From the NCBI GenBank assembly GCA_964016885.1, contig OZ024741.1:38688001-38752000 (forward strand): 64,000 bases of DNA, in the 5' to 3' direction. The notes under the pieces are model-generated. The model did not search any database and was not told where the DNA came from. It saw nothing but the letters and a program-made list of their open reading frames with translations. The position numbers and the translations under genes are program-made. This DNA comes from Eledone cirrhosa. Taxonomy: Eukaryota. Below are positions 50,257-60,624 of the stretch, piece after piece; the stretch's first letter is position 1, and the number at the start of each line of letters is the position of its first letter.

Positions 50257-50711
50257 GCTGCCAAGAAAGAAATTTTTCGGCAAAAATAGATATTTATTTT
50301 ACCCCCTAAAAAGGGGGTAAATGCAAAAATGTTTCCCTAAATAACAGGGGTTAGTGTTCCAAATGTGTTGCACTAAAAAATTTATCCGGTACTTACAATA
50401 GTAAGGGTAAATCCCGATGGAATAGCGGAGCCGATGCGAAGCGTGTCTTACTCTATCAAGATAGATAGATAGATAGATAAATTTCTATTTATTTGCCACG
50501 AGGGCACAAAAGAAGGGGACATTTACACAGTGGGGGAGTTTACATAAATCGAGTAAAGAAAAAAGGAATAACAATAATAATATAACAATAAAAAGTCCTC
50601 AAAAGGGAGGGGGCGTGTTGGGGATTGCACATACCCCCGAAAAGTGTGCAACTCTTTTCGCGGGGGAAGCCCAGAGAGGAGGCGCTCCCCCTTTCCTCTT
50701 CACTTCTTCAC

Positions 50712-53700
50712 CTACAGAACAATGTAGAGAGAAGGCCCATTTACACGGGCCATTCTCGCTTCTTTCACCCACCTTTCATAAAACTGTCTGGGACCAAGCA
50801 CTTCTCTCTCCATCCTGATTCTTCTTCCGAAGTGGTATCGGAAGAAGTAAACCAGGTGATGGCCGGAGAGAAAGTCACCCGACCTCAGACCTTTCAGGCG
50901 CGTCCACCACACAACCTCTTTCATCATGGCTATTACGCAGAGAAAGACCGCCTCTGCTTCATTTCTGAAGGGAGGAGGCGGCTTGATGTTCACCACAGAC
51001 TCGGCGGTTAATCGAATCGGCGCCACACGCGACAGCAGTCGTTCGACGTAGCCCCACAGATCGGCAACGCCCGGGCAGTGTACCAGTGCATGCGCAACGG
51101 TTTCCTCGTCGCGCACGCATCTGGGACAGATCTTTTTCGCGGGATCCCTGCCCGGGCGCCCGTGTCTGTAGAGCTTTTCTCGAACGGGCAGAGCCCCCCG
51201 GTAACACTGCCAGGCTAGGGACCTCTGGAAGTTGTCCATGGGTCCCGGGCCGAAAGTTCTACCGAACAGGCTGGCCAGTTCGTCCTCCTCCATGCCTAGC
51301 GACTCTCCAAGGGTGTCGTCGCCCCTGCTAGCCACCAACCCTCTATAGAATGTCGAGGTGGATTCTCCACTGACAGTCGGGTCCGCTTGCCAGATAGCCG
51401 TGAGCGCCTGGGCACACTCAGTGTGCCAGTTGCCCAGTTTTCTCGGTCTTTGCTTCACCCAGGATTGCAGTTCGGTGAGCGAGACGAGCTGTGGGAAGGC
51501 TCGCCTCACAAACGGGGCCCACACCGGCTGACCGTTGAGGAATACCTGTAGATGCCGTAGCCTCAATGCGTGCCTACGCATCAACAGCCACGGCATACCC
51601 AGCCCTCCTTTCGAAGGGTGCTGGCAGCAGATGGATCTCCTCACCATGGGAGGCCGCTTCTTCCAGAGGAACTGGAAGAGCATGCGTTCCATGATGGTGA
51701 GCTTTTCCTTGGGGCAAGGCACGACGGTCAGGCGGTAGTAGATGACGGACGCTATGTAAGCGTTCGTCACCTCCGCCCGACCTTTCAGTGATAGTTTGCA
51801 CTTGGCCCACTTCTGGGTCAGCGCAAACACCCTGCTCGTCACCTCGCCCCAATTCTTCTCCACCTGGAGGTCCGGTCCGAACCAGACCCCGAGCAGCTTC
51901 ACCGGGCCCTCCGTCCACCGCCCGACGACACCGTCTAACGGCATCGGTTTGCCCCTCCACGTTCCGAGTTGCAAACCGACTGACTTGTCCTGGTTCAGCT
52001 TAGCCCCCGTCAGCCTTTCGTATTCCTCCAGTAGGGTGGCGATCGCCCCGATTTCCGAGGCGTCCGCCACCATTACTGTTACGTCGTCGGCATAGGCCGA
52101 GACCGCTTTGTGCAATCCCGGTTCCAGGGGTATGCCCCGCAGCAACTCCAACTTCCGCAGCAGTGGCTCGAGAGTCAATACGTACAGAAGGGAGGAGAGG
52201 GGGCACCCCTGTCTGATGGATCGGGTGATTTGAAACGGCTCCGAGAGGTAGCCGTTTACTTTAATCCTAGAGTAGATGTTGCCACTGTGCATGGCAGAAA
52301 TCCAGCCCCTGAAAACGGGTCCGAAGCCCGCCGCCGCTAGCACCGCATCCAGGTAACCATGGTCGACCCTATCGAACGCCTTAGATTGATCCAAGTTGAT
52401 CAGGGCCCCACCAAAGCCGGGTTCGTAGCCAACCCTCTCTATGATGTATCGCATGAGGTGGAGGTTGTCGTGAATGGACCTGGACGGGATAGCGCATGTC
52501 TGCGCGTCTCCCACCAAACCACCCACCACAAGCGCCAACCTCTTCGCCAACACCTTGGCCAAAATCTGTAACTCTGCATTCAGCAGAGTTATGGGCCTAA
52601 AGTTACTTAAGTCGTCCCCCTTGCTCTCGTCCTTCCTCACTAGCGTGACCACGCCCTTGGTCACAGAACAGGGAATTCTCCCGTTCTGTTGCCAGTTGCA
52701 ATAGACAGCCTCGAGGAGTTCGGAGAACAAGACCGGCATAGCTAAATAAAGTTCGTATGGTAGACCATCGAGACCCGGGGATTTGCGTCTGCTGCATTGG
52801 CTGAGCGCTTCCCCGATTTCAGTGGCTGTGATTGGCCCTTCGCAGCACTCCGCTTCGCCGCTCGAAAGACGCGGTAGACCGTCGAGGTATGGACCGAAGT
52901 CCACATCCCCGTCCGGCCCCCCGCCACCTCCGAACAGTCGAGCAAAGTGCCTTTGAAAGGTCTCGCACATTCGCTCAGGTTCAAGGATCACCCGTCCATC
53001 CTGGTCTCGCAAAGACCGAATGGTGGATTTAATTCCACTCTTGGCTTCTGTCACGCGGGCCCAGCTAACAGCTTTGGTCCCCTCGTTTCCTAAAGCACGT
53101 ATTTTACTTCGGACAACGCAGCCTTCGTGCTTCGCGTCAAAGAACTGGCTCAATGCCGTTCTCGTCGCTAACACTCTGGCTACGTCTCCGCTCCTAATCG
53201 CCTCTTCTAGTTTATCTGTTAACTCCCTTTCCCTCCTATTTCTATTCGCCGCTAGTTCCTTACTGTAACCTATCGAACTTACTCTAATCTCTCTCTTTAG
53301 AGATATCCACCACCTACTGTTGACGATCGCTCCCGTCAACCGCATCTTAACTAAGCTACTAATCCGGTTTCTGTAATCTTTCTTTGTCGGTAAGGACAAG
53401 TTCATCTTCCAGTAACCGGGACCCTGTCTATGCGTTCTATCAAGGTTGACCACGCAGGTCACTAATTTGTGATCTGAATAGCCAACCATGATCAGTTCTG
53501 GACAACTAAATACGTCCCTATCCTTACTCCTAACCAAAAACCTATCTAGGTACGATCTAGATTGTCCACTGCGGTTTGCCCAGGTCCAGGTTGGCGCAGT
53601 TGGACAATCTAGTCGAAATCTATCGACCAGGTCGAATCGATCGAGTAACCCCTTGAGGCTGCTACACCCCCCTCTATCGGGACATGCCCCTGCATAGTCC

Positions 53701-54145
53701 CAACGCGCATCTAGGATTCCATTCCAGTCCCCCACTAAAAGCAGGGAACGCGACGTTCCTAGAAAAGTCTCCAGACGTTGGAAGAAGTCGGCTCTCTCCG
53801 CCCCGAAGGGAGCATAAAGACCGACCAGTCTGAAAGCCCCGCCTTCACCACCTCCGACGTCCAGCACCAGTAATCGACCCCCCGGGTCCGAGTGAACAAT
53901 CTGTACGTCGAGAGTCAGACGTTTATCCAGCAGTACGGCAACTCCCCCCCCCCCCCGCCTCCGGGTTGACAGAGAGATGCGTGCATCTCAAAGTCATCGA
54001 AGGCGGGCGCCAGCTGTCTCACGCTGCTGATCCGACTCTCGCAAACAACCATCACATCTATACTTTGTGACCTGAGGTCACTTAGAAGCTTTGCTTGCTT
54101 CCAAGCTGAGCTCAGGCCACGCGCGTTCAAACAGCCAACTCTCAA
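50712..54145 (-). CDS. ORF2 (APE endonuclease, RT, CCHC) of copy D, one homopolymer frameshift
   Basis: ORF pieces 53915-54145 and 50712-53867. YADD intact. Confidence 0.85.
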
Positions 54146-54150
54146 TTGAT

Positions 54151-55986
54151 CTATTTTGGTGTTGAAAGTGAAGAAAGAAAAGCACTTACCTCTCCGGGTT
54201 GCGTAATTTCCATGGCATCAGGTGTGTTGGGTGGAGGGATGTTTTGTGGTGGTGTGGGGGTACACGTGTGTGGTGGGGTTGGGGTATTTGGAGTTGTGTC
54301 AGGGAGAGGGGCGGTTATGGGGAAATCTTTCAAGAGGACGCGATTCAACGGTTTTAAACAGGGGGGGCTCACGTCCCGTCTAAATTGTTCTTTTAAGGAA
54401 CGATAAAGGTCCAGAGGGACCTTTATCATTTTTAAATGGGTGAAGTTCTCTGTTGAGATAAAGTTTGGCCCTTCGGTCTGCACCATAGGGTTATTGTTTA
54501 TTAATTTAACCAGTTTTTTGTTTTCTTTATTTATATATGTGTATTGCAACGTCTTTTTTTGTGATGCTGTCAATGTTTCGGAGAGGGGAGGCGCAGATTT
54601 ATTTTTGTTTGTTGAGGGTGGGGTGTTTTTGATTGGAGTTGGTGTTTGTGTGTGGGTTATTTGTGGTGTGCTGGGTGTGTGTTTTCTTTTTTTTCTTTTA
54701 ACTTGTCTGAAGGCTTCTCCTCCTTCTTCTTCAGAAGTTGGGGGAAACTCTTCAGCGCTAGGTGGGAGGGACGTGTTGTGTGGTTGTTTTTTTTTTGCGG
54801 GAGGGGTAGATTTGTTACTGTTTTTTTTATTATTTGTTTGGAATGGGTTTTGTGGTGGTGGTGGTGGTAATGTTTGTGTCGTGCTTGTGGTTGGTAATGG
54901 TGGTGGTGATGTTTGTGTTGTGGTTGGTGGTGGTGATTTTTGTGTCGTGCTTGTGTTTGGTGCTGGTGGTGGTGATGTTTGTGTTGTGTTTGTGGTTGGT
55001 GGTGTCTGTATTTTGTTTGCTGTGTGTGGTATTAGTGTATTTTTGGAGGTGGGTGGTGCTGGTGTACTGTTTGTGGTGGATGTGGGCAATAGTCCTTTTT
55101 GGGGGATACGTTTCGGGCAGTTAGCCTTAACGTGTCCCCTTTCCATGCATAAATAGCATGCTGGTCTTCTCCCCTCTACAATTATGTCTATTGGGGTAAG
55201 GTCATCCAGCCAGATGCGATCCGGGATTTGTGCTATTCTTTCGGGCCTCATTTGGACTAGTATATCGAGGCCCATTCCCAGGAACGCATCTCCAGTTGCC
55301 TTCCCCATTGACAGCATAGTGTCTTCGCCCATATCAATGAAGCCAGCAATAGCCCACCAGAAGTCCATTGTGGGCAGCATTGTTTTTACTTTTATTCTCT
55401 GTGTTCTTCTACCCATGTAGGAGGGATAGAAGCTATATGTTGTCGACGAGAGTGGGCTTAGGGAAAGCTGAACCGCCGTTTCTTTGTCTCTTGTTAGGAC
55501 CGAAATGCTGCCATAGAGTCGGTCCTTTCGTATGAAGAGAATATTCTTCATATAGTCTTTTAGGACTAACTCTATTTCCATTTGGCTGGGCTGTGCTGGC
55601 TTTCTTGACTGGTTTAGTATAGTTCTGTATATAACTGTGTTTTCTGCTCTGGCTTTCTTGAATTCTGGGGGGGAGTTAATGGAAAACATTCCGTTCTCCC
55701 CCAAAACAATATGTTTCTTTGCTTCGGCCAGTTTTTCTCTGGCGGCAGTTAGGTCAATTGGTGTGTATGTAATGGATTGCTTTGTTTTCTGGGCGAAAGT
55801 TGCCCTGTCGTTATTTGTATTATTTTCTGTTTGTTTGTTTTCTGTTTGCTCATTTTCCTTAACATTTGTTTTTTCATTTTGTTTGTTTGTTTCAATGTCT
55901 AATTTTGTTGTAATTATTTTTTGTTCTTCAGACTTGGGGGGCGTGGCAGAGCTAATGGCAGACATGTCTGCCATCTTTTCCGCCAT
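54151..55986 (-). CDS. ORF1 (gag-like, CCHC knuckle, Pro/Thr-rich tail) of copy D
   Basis: First ATG at 55986 (MAEKMAD). CYLCMERGHVKANC = CX2CX4HX4C. Basic patch KRKKRK. Confidence 0.92.
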   Translation of the reverse strand: MAEKMADMSAISSATPPKSEEQKIITTKLDIETNKQNEKTNVKENEQTENKQTENNTNNDRATFAQKTKQSITYTPIDLTAAREKLAEAKKHIVLGENGMFSINSPPEFKKARAENTVIYRTILNQSRKPAQPSQMEIELVLKDYMKNILFIRKDRLYGSISVLTRDKETAVQLSLSPLSSTTYSFYPSYMGRRTQRIKVKTMLPTMDFWWAIAGFIDMGEDTMLSMGKATGDAFLGMGLDILVQMRPERIAQIPDRIWLDDLTPIDIIVEGRRPACYLCMERGHVKANCPKRIPQKGLLPTSTTNSTPAPPTSKNTLIPHTANKIQTPPTTNTTQTSPPPAPNTSTTQKSPPPTTTQTSPPPLPTTSTTQTLPPPPPQNPFQTNNKKNSNKSTPPAKKKQPHNTSLPPSAEEFPPTSEEEGGEAFRQVKRKKRKHTPSTPQITHTQTPTPIKNTPPSTNKNKSAPPLSETLTASQKKTLQYTYINKENKKLVKLINNNPMVQTEGPNFISTENFTHLKMIKVPLDLYRSLKEQFRRDVSPPCLKPLNRVLLKDFPITAPLPDTTPNTPTPPHTCTPTPPQNIPPPNTPDAMEITQPGEVSAFLSSLSTPK

Positions 55987-56197
55987 GCTGCCAAGAAAGA
56001 AATTTTTCGGCAAAAATAGATATTTATTTTACCCCCTAAAAAGGGGGTAAATGCAAAAATGTTTCCCTAAATAACAGGGGTTAGTGTTCCAAATGTGTTG
56101 CACTAAAAAATTTATCCGGTACTTACAATAGTAAGGGTAAATCCCGATGGAATAGCGGAGCCGATGCGAAGCGTGTCTTACTCTATCAAGATAGATA

Positions 56198-56941
56198 TAT
56201 TTCTTTATTAGCCACAGGGGCACAAAAGAAGGGGACAAATACAAAGGGGGAAGTTTACATACAATAAAAACGTGTAAAATGTTATCACAGATGGAATTTA
56301 AAAGTTAGTCGATTTTCCCCAATAGAGGGAGACAGTTTATATGGGTAACACAGACCCCCGAAAAAAATGTGCAACCCTCATCTCCAGGAGTACGAAGAGC
56401 TTGTACTCCTTTCCTCTCCTCCTCCTTTTCCTCAACCTACAGGCTGATATAGAGAGAAGGCCCATTCACTCGGGCCATTCTCGCCACTTTCACCCACCTT
56501 TCATAAAACTTGCTGGGGTACAGCACCTCTCTCTCCATCCTGATTCTTCTTCCAAAGTGGTATTTGAAAAAAAGAATCAGTTGTTGGCCGGAGAGAAAGG
56601 TGTCTGACCTCAGCCCTTTCAACCTTGTCCACCATACAACCTCTTTCGCCATAGCTATCACACAAAGGAAAACCGCCTCTCCTTCGTTTTTGAAGGAGGG
56701 TGGCGGTTTGATCATGACAATGGACTCGGTGGTCAACTGGATTGGTCCCACCCGCGACAATAGTCGTTCCACATAGCCCCACAGGTCAGTGACGCCCGGG
56801 CAGTGTATGAATGCGTGCGCGACGGTTTCTTCGTCTCGCACGCACCTCGGACAGATCTTTTTTGCAGGGTCCCTGCCCGGGCGCCCATGTCTGTAGAGCT
56901 TGTCTCGAACTGGTAGAGCTCCTCGGTAGCACTGCCAGGCC
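56198..56941 (-). mobile_element. Tx1 copy E: 5'-truncated 0.74-kb 3' end of a third subfamily
   Basis: ORF 56437-56841 is homologous to the ORF2 C-terminus. Distinct 3' UTR. GATA at both junctions. Confidence 0.92.
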
Positions 56942-57190
56942 AGATAGATAGATAGATAAATTTCTATTTATTTGCCACGAGGGCACAAAAGAAGGGGACA
57001 TTTACACAGTGGGGGAGTTTACATAAATCGAGTAAAGAAAAAAGGAATAACAATAATAATATAACAATAAAAAGTCCTCAAAAGGGAGGGGGCGTGTTGG
57101 GGATTGCACATACCCCCGAAAAGTGTGCAACTCTTTTCGCGGGGGAAGCCCAGAGAGGAGGCGCTCCCCCTTTCCTCTTCACTTCTTCAC

Positions 57191-60100
57191 CTACAGAACA
57201 ATGTAGAGAGAAGGCCCATTTACACGGGCCATTCTCGCTTCTTTCACCCACCTTTCATAAAACTGTCTGGGACCAAGCACTTCTCTCTCCATCCTGATTC
57301 TTCTTCCGAAGTGGTATCGGAAGAAGTAAACCAGGTGATGGCCGGAGAGAAAGTCACCCGACCTCAGACCTTTCAGGCGCGTCCACCACACAACCTCTTT
57401 CATCATGGCTATTACGCACAGAAAGACCGCCTCTGCTTCATTTCTGAAGGGAGGAGGCGGCTTGATGTTCACCACAGACTCGGCGGTTAATCGAATCGGC
57501 GCCACACGCGACAGCAGTCGTTCGACGTAGCCCCACAGATCGGCAACGCCCGGGCAGTGTACCAGTGCATGCGCAACGGTTTCCTCGTCGCGCACGCATC
57601 TGGGACAGATCTTTTTCGCGGGATCCCTGCCCGGGCGCCCGTGTCTGTAGAGCTTTTCTCGAACGGGCAGAGCCCCCCGGTAACACTGCCAGGCTAGGGA
57701 CCTCTGGAAGTTGTCCATGGGTCCCGGGCCGAAAGTTCTACCGAACAGGCTGGCCAGTTCGTCCTCCTCCATGCCTAGCGACTCTCCAAGGGTGTCGTCG
57801 CCCCTGCTAGCCACCAACCCTCTATAGAATGTCGAGGTGGATTCTCCACTGACAGTCGGGTCCGCTTGCCAGATAGCCGTGAGCGCCTGGGCACACTCAG
57901 TGTGCCAGTTGCCCAGTTTTCTCGGTCTTTGCTTCACCCAGGATTGCAGTTCGGTGAGCGAGACGAGCTGTGGGAAGGCTCGCCTCACAAACGGGGCCCA
58001 CACCGGCTGACCGTTGAGGAATACCTGTAGATGCCGTAGCCTCAATGCGTGCCTACGCATCAACAGCCACGGCATACCCAGCCCTCCTTTCGAAGGGTGC
58101 TGGCAGCAGATGGATCTCCTCACCATGGGAGGCCGCTTCTTCCAGAGGAACTGGAAGAGCATGCGTTCCATGATGGTGAGCTTTTCCTTGGGGCAAGGCA
58201 CGACGGTCAGGCGGTAGTAGATGACGGACGCTATGTAAGCGTTCGTCACCTCCGCCCGACCTTTCAGTGATAGTTTGCACTTGGCCCACTTCTGGGTCAG
58301 CGCAAACACCCTGCTCGTCACCTCGCCCCAATTCTTCTCCACCTGGAGGTCCGGTCCGAACCAGACCCCGAGCAGCTTCACCGGGCCCTCCGTCCACCGC
58401 CCGACGACACCGTCCAACGGCATCGGTTTGCCCCTCCACGTTCCGAGTTGCAAACCGACCGACTTGTCCTGGTTCAGCTTAGCCCCCGTCAGCCTTTCGT
58501 ATTCCTCCAGTAGGGTGGCGATCGCCCCGATTTCCGAGGCGTCCGCCACCATTACTGTTACGTCGTCGGCATAGGCCGAGACCGCTTTGTGCAATCCCGG
58601 TTCCAGGGGTATGCCCCGCAGCAACTCCAACTTCCGCAGCAGTGGCTCGAGAGTCAATACGTACAGAAGGGAGGAGAGGGGGCACCCCTGTCTGATGGAT
58701 CGGGTGATTTGAAACGGCTCCGAGAGGTAGCCGTTTACTTTAATCCTAGAGTAGATGTTGCCACTGTGCATGGCAGAAATCCAGCCCCTGAAAACGGGTC
58801 CGAAGCCCGCCGCCGCTAGCACCGCATCCAGGTAACCATGGTCGACCCTATCGAACGCCTTAGATTGATCCAAGTTGATCAGGGCCCCACCAAAGCCGGG
58901 TTCGTAGCCAACCCTCTCTATGATGTATCGCATGAGGTGGAGGTTGTCGTGAATGGACCTGGACGGGATAGCGCATGTCTGCGCGTCTCCCACCAAACCA
59001 CCCACCACAAGCGCCAACCTCTTCGTCAACACCTTGGCCAAAATCTGTAACTCTGCATTCAGCAGAGTTATGGGCCTAAAGTTACTTAAGTCGTCCCCCT
59101 TGCTCTCGTCCTTCCTCACTAGCGTGACCACGCCCTTGGTCACAGAACAGGGAATTCTCCCGTTCTGTTGCCAGTTGCAATAGACAGCCTCGAGGAGTTC
59201 GGAGAACAAGACCGGCATAGCTAAATAAAGTTCGTATGGTAGACCATCGAGACCCGGGGATTTGCGTCTGCTGCATTGGCTGAGCGCTTCCCCGATTTCA
59301 GTGGCTGTGATTGGCCCTTCGCAGCACTCCGCTTCGCCGCTCGAAAGACGCGGTAGACCGTCGAGGTATGGACCGAAGTCCACATCCCCGTCCGGCCCCC
59401 CGCCACCTCCGAACAGTCGAGCAAAGTGCCTTTGAAAGGTCTCGCACATTCGCTCAGGTTCAAGGATCACCCGTCCATCCTGGTCTCGCAAAGACCGAAT
59501 GGTGGATTTAATCCCACTCTTGGCTTCTGTCGCGCGGGCCCAGCTAACAGCTTTGGTCCCCTCGTTTCCTAAAGCACGTATTTTACTTCGGACAACGCAG
59601 CCTTCGTGCTTCGCGTCAAAGAACTGGCTCAATGCCGTTCTCGTCGCTAACACTCTGGCTACGTCTCCGCTCCTAATCGCCTCTTCTAGTTTATCTGTTA
59701 ACTCCCTTTCCCTCCTATTTCTATTCGCCGCTAGTTCCTTACTGTAACCTATCGAACTTACTCTAATCTCTCTCTTTAGAGATACCCACCACCTGCTGTT
59801 GACGATCGCTCCCGTCAACCGCATCTTAACTAAGCTACTAATCCGGTTTCTGTAATCTTTCTTTGTCGGTAAGGACAAGTTCATCTTCCAGTAACCGGGA
59901 CCCTGTCTATGCGTTCTATCAAGGTTGACCACGCAGGTCACTAATTTGTGATCTGAATAGCCAACCATGATCAGTTCTGGACAACTAAATACGTCCCTAT
60001 CCTTACTCCTAACCAAAAACCTATCTAGGTACGATCTAGATTGTCCACTGCGGTTTGCCCAGGTCCAGGTTGGCGCAGTTGGACAATCTAGTCGAAATCT

Positions 60101-60619
60101 ATCGACCAGGTCGAATCGATCGAGTAACCCCTTGAGGCTGCTACACCCCCCTCTATCGGGACATGCCCCTGCATAGTCCCAACGCGCATCTAGGATTCCA
60201 TTCCAGTCCCCCACTAAAAGCAGGGAACGCGACGTTCCTAGAAAAGTCTCCAGACGTTGGAAGAAGTCGGCTCTCTCCGCCCCGAAGGGAGCATAAAGAC
60301 CGACCAGTCTGAAAGCCCCGCCTTCACCACCTCCGACGTCCAGCACCAGTAATCGACCCCCCGGGTCCGAGTGAACAATCTGTACGTCGAGAGTCAGACG
60401 TTTATCCAGCAGTACGGCAACTCCCCCCCCGCCTCCGGGTTGACAGAGAGATGCGTGCATCTCAAAGTCATCGAAGGCGGGCGCCAGCTGTCTCACGCTG
60501 CTGATCCGACTCTCGCAAACAACCATCACATCTATACTTTGTGACCTGAGGTCACTTAGAAGCTTTGCTTGCTTCCAAGCTGAGCTCAGGCCACGCGCGT
60601 TCAAACAGCCAACTCTCAA
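57191..60619 (-). CDS. ORF2: APE endonuclease, reverse transcriptase and CCHC zinc finger (non-AUG start)
   Basis: LRVGCLNARGL, VCES, GVA, YAP, GDWN, LDR, SDH; KSPGLDG, FRPITLLN, DQSKAFDRV, QGCPLS, YADD, LLGVWF; CPRC-X8-H-X4-C. Confidence 0.96.
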   Translation of the reverse strand: MRVGCLNARGLSSAWKQAKLLSDLRSQSIDVMVVCESRISSVRQLAPAFDDFEMHASLCQPGGGGGVAVLLDKRLTLDVQIVHSDPGGRLLVLDVGGGEGGAFRLVGLYAPFGAERADFFQRLETFLGTSRSLLLVGDWNGILDARWDYAGACPDRGGCSSLKGLLDRFDLVDRFRLDCPTAPTWTWANRSGQSRSYLDRFLVRSKDRDVFSCPELIMVGYSDHKLVTCVVNLDRTHRQGPGYWKMNLSLPTKKDYRNRISSLVKMRLTGAIVNSRWWVSLKREIRVSSIGYSKELAANRNRRERELTDKLEEAIRSGDVARVLATRTALSQFFDAKHEGCVVRSKIRALGNEGTKAVSWARATEAKSGIKSTIRSLRDQDGRVILEPERMCETFQRHFARLFGGGGGPDGDVDFGPYLDGLPRLSSGEAECCEGPITATEIGEALSQCSRRKSPGLDGLPYELYLAMPVLFSELLEAVYCNWQQNGRIPCSVTKGVVTLVRKDESKGDDLSNFRPITLLNAELQILAKVLTKRLALVVGGLVGDAQTCAIPSRSIHDNLHLMRYIIERVGYEPGFGGALINLDQSKAFDRVDHGYLDAVLAAAGFGPVFRGWISAMHSGNIYSRIKVNGYLSEPFQITRSIRQGCPLSSLLYVLTLEPLLRKLELLRGIPLEPGLHKAVSAYADDVTVMVADASEIGAIATLLEEYERLTGAKLNQDKSVGLQLGTWRGKPMPLDGVVGRWTEGPVKLLGVWFGPDLQVEKNWGEVTSRVFALTQKWAKCKLSLKGRAEVTNAYIASVIYYRLTVVPCPKEKLTIMERMLFQFLWKKRPPMVRRSICCQHPSKGGLGMPWLLMRRHALRLRHLQVFLNGQPVWAPFVRRAFPQLVSLTELQSWVKQRPRKLGNWHTECAQALTAIWQADPTVSGESTSTFYRGLVASRGDDTLGESLGMEEDELASLFGRTFGPGPMDNFQRSLAWQCYRGALPVREKLYRHGRPGRDPAKKICPRCVRDEETVAHALVHCPGVADLWGYVERLLSRVAPIRLTAESVVNIKPPPPFRNEAEAVFLCVIAMMKEVVWWTRLKGLRSGDFLSGHHLVYFFRYHFGRRIRMEREVLGPRQFYERWVKEARMARVNGPSLYIVL

Positions 60620-60624
60620 TTGAT

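Larger units (their letters stand above)
44769..50460 (-). mobile_element. Full-length Tx1-clade LINE copy C (defective)
   Basis: 5' UTR, ORF1, ORF2, 3' UTR. ORF1 is frameshifted near 49010-49070. The APE start has an 11-nt deletion plus a 9-C tract. YADD is changed to SADD. Confidence 0.95.
50479..56190 (-). mobile_element. Full-length Tx1-clade LINE copy D
   Basis: Near-identical to copy F. Its only ORF defect is a 13-C homopolymer (8 in F) at 53944-53956. Flanked by GATA repeats. Confidence 0.96.
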
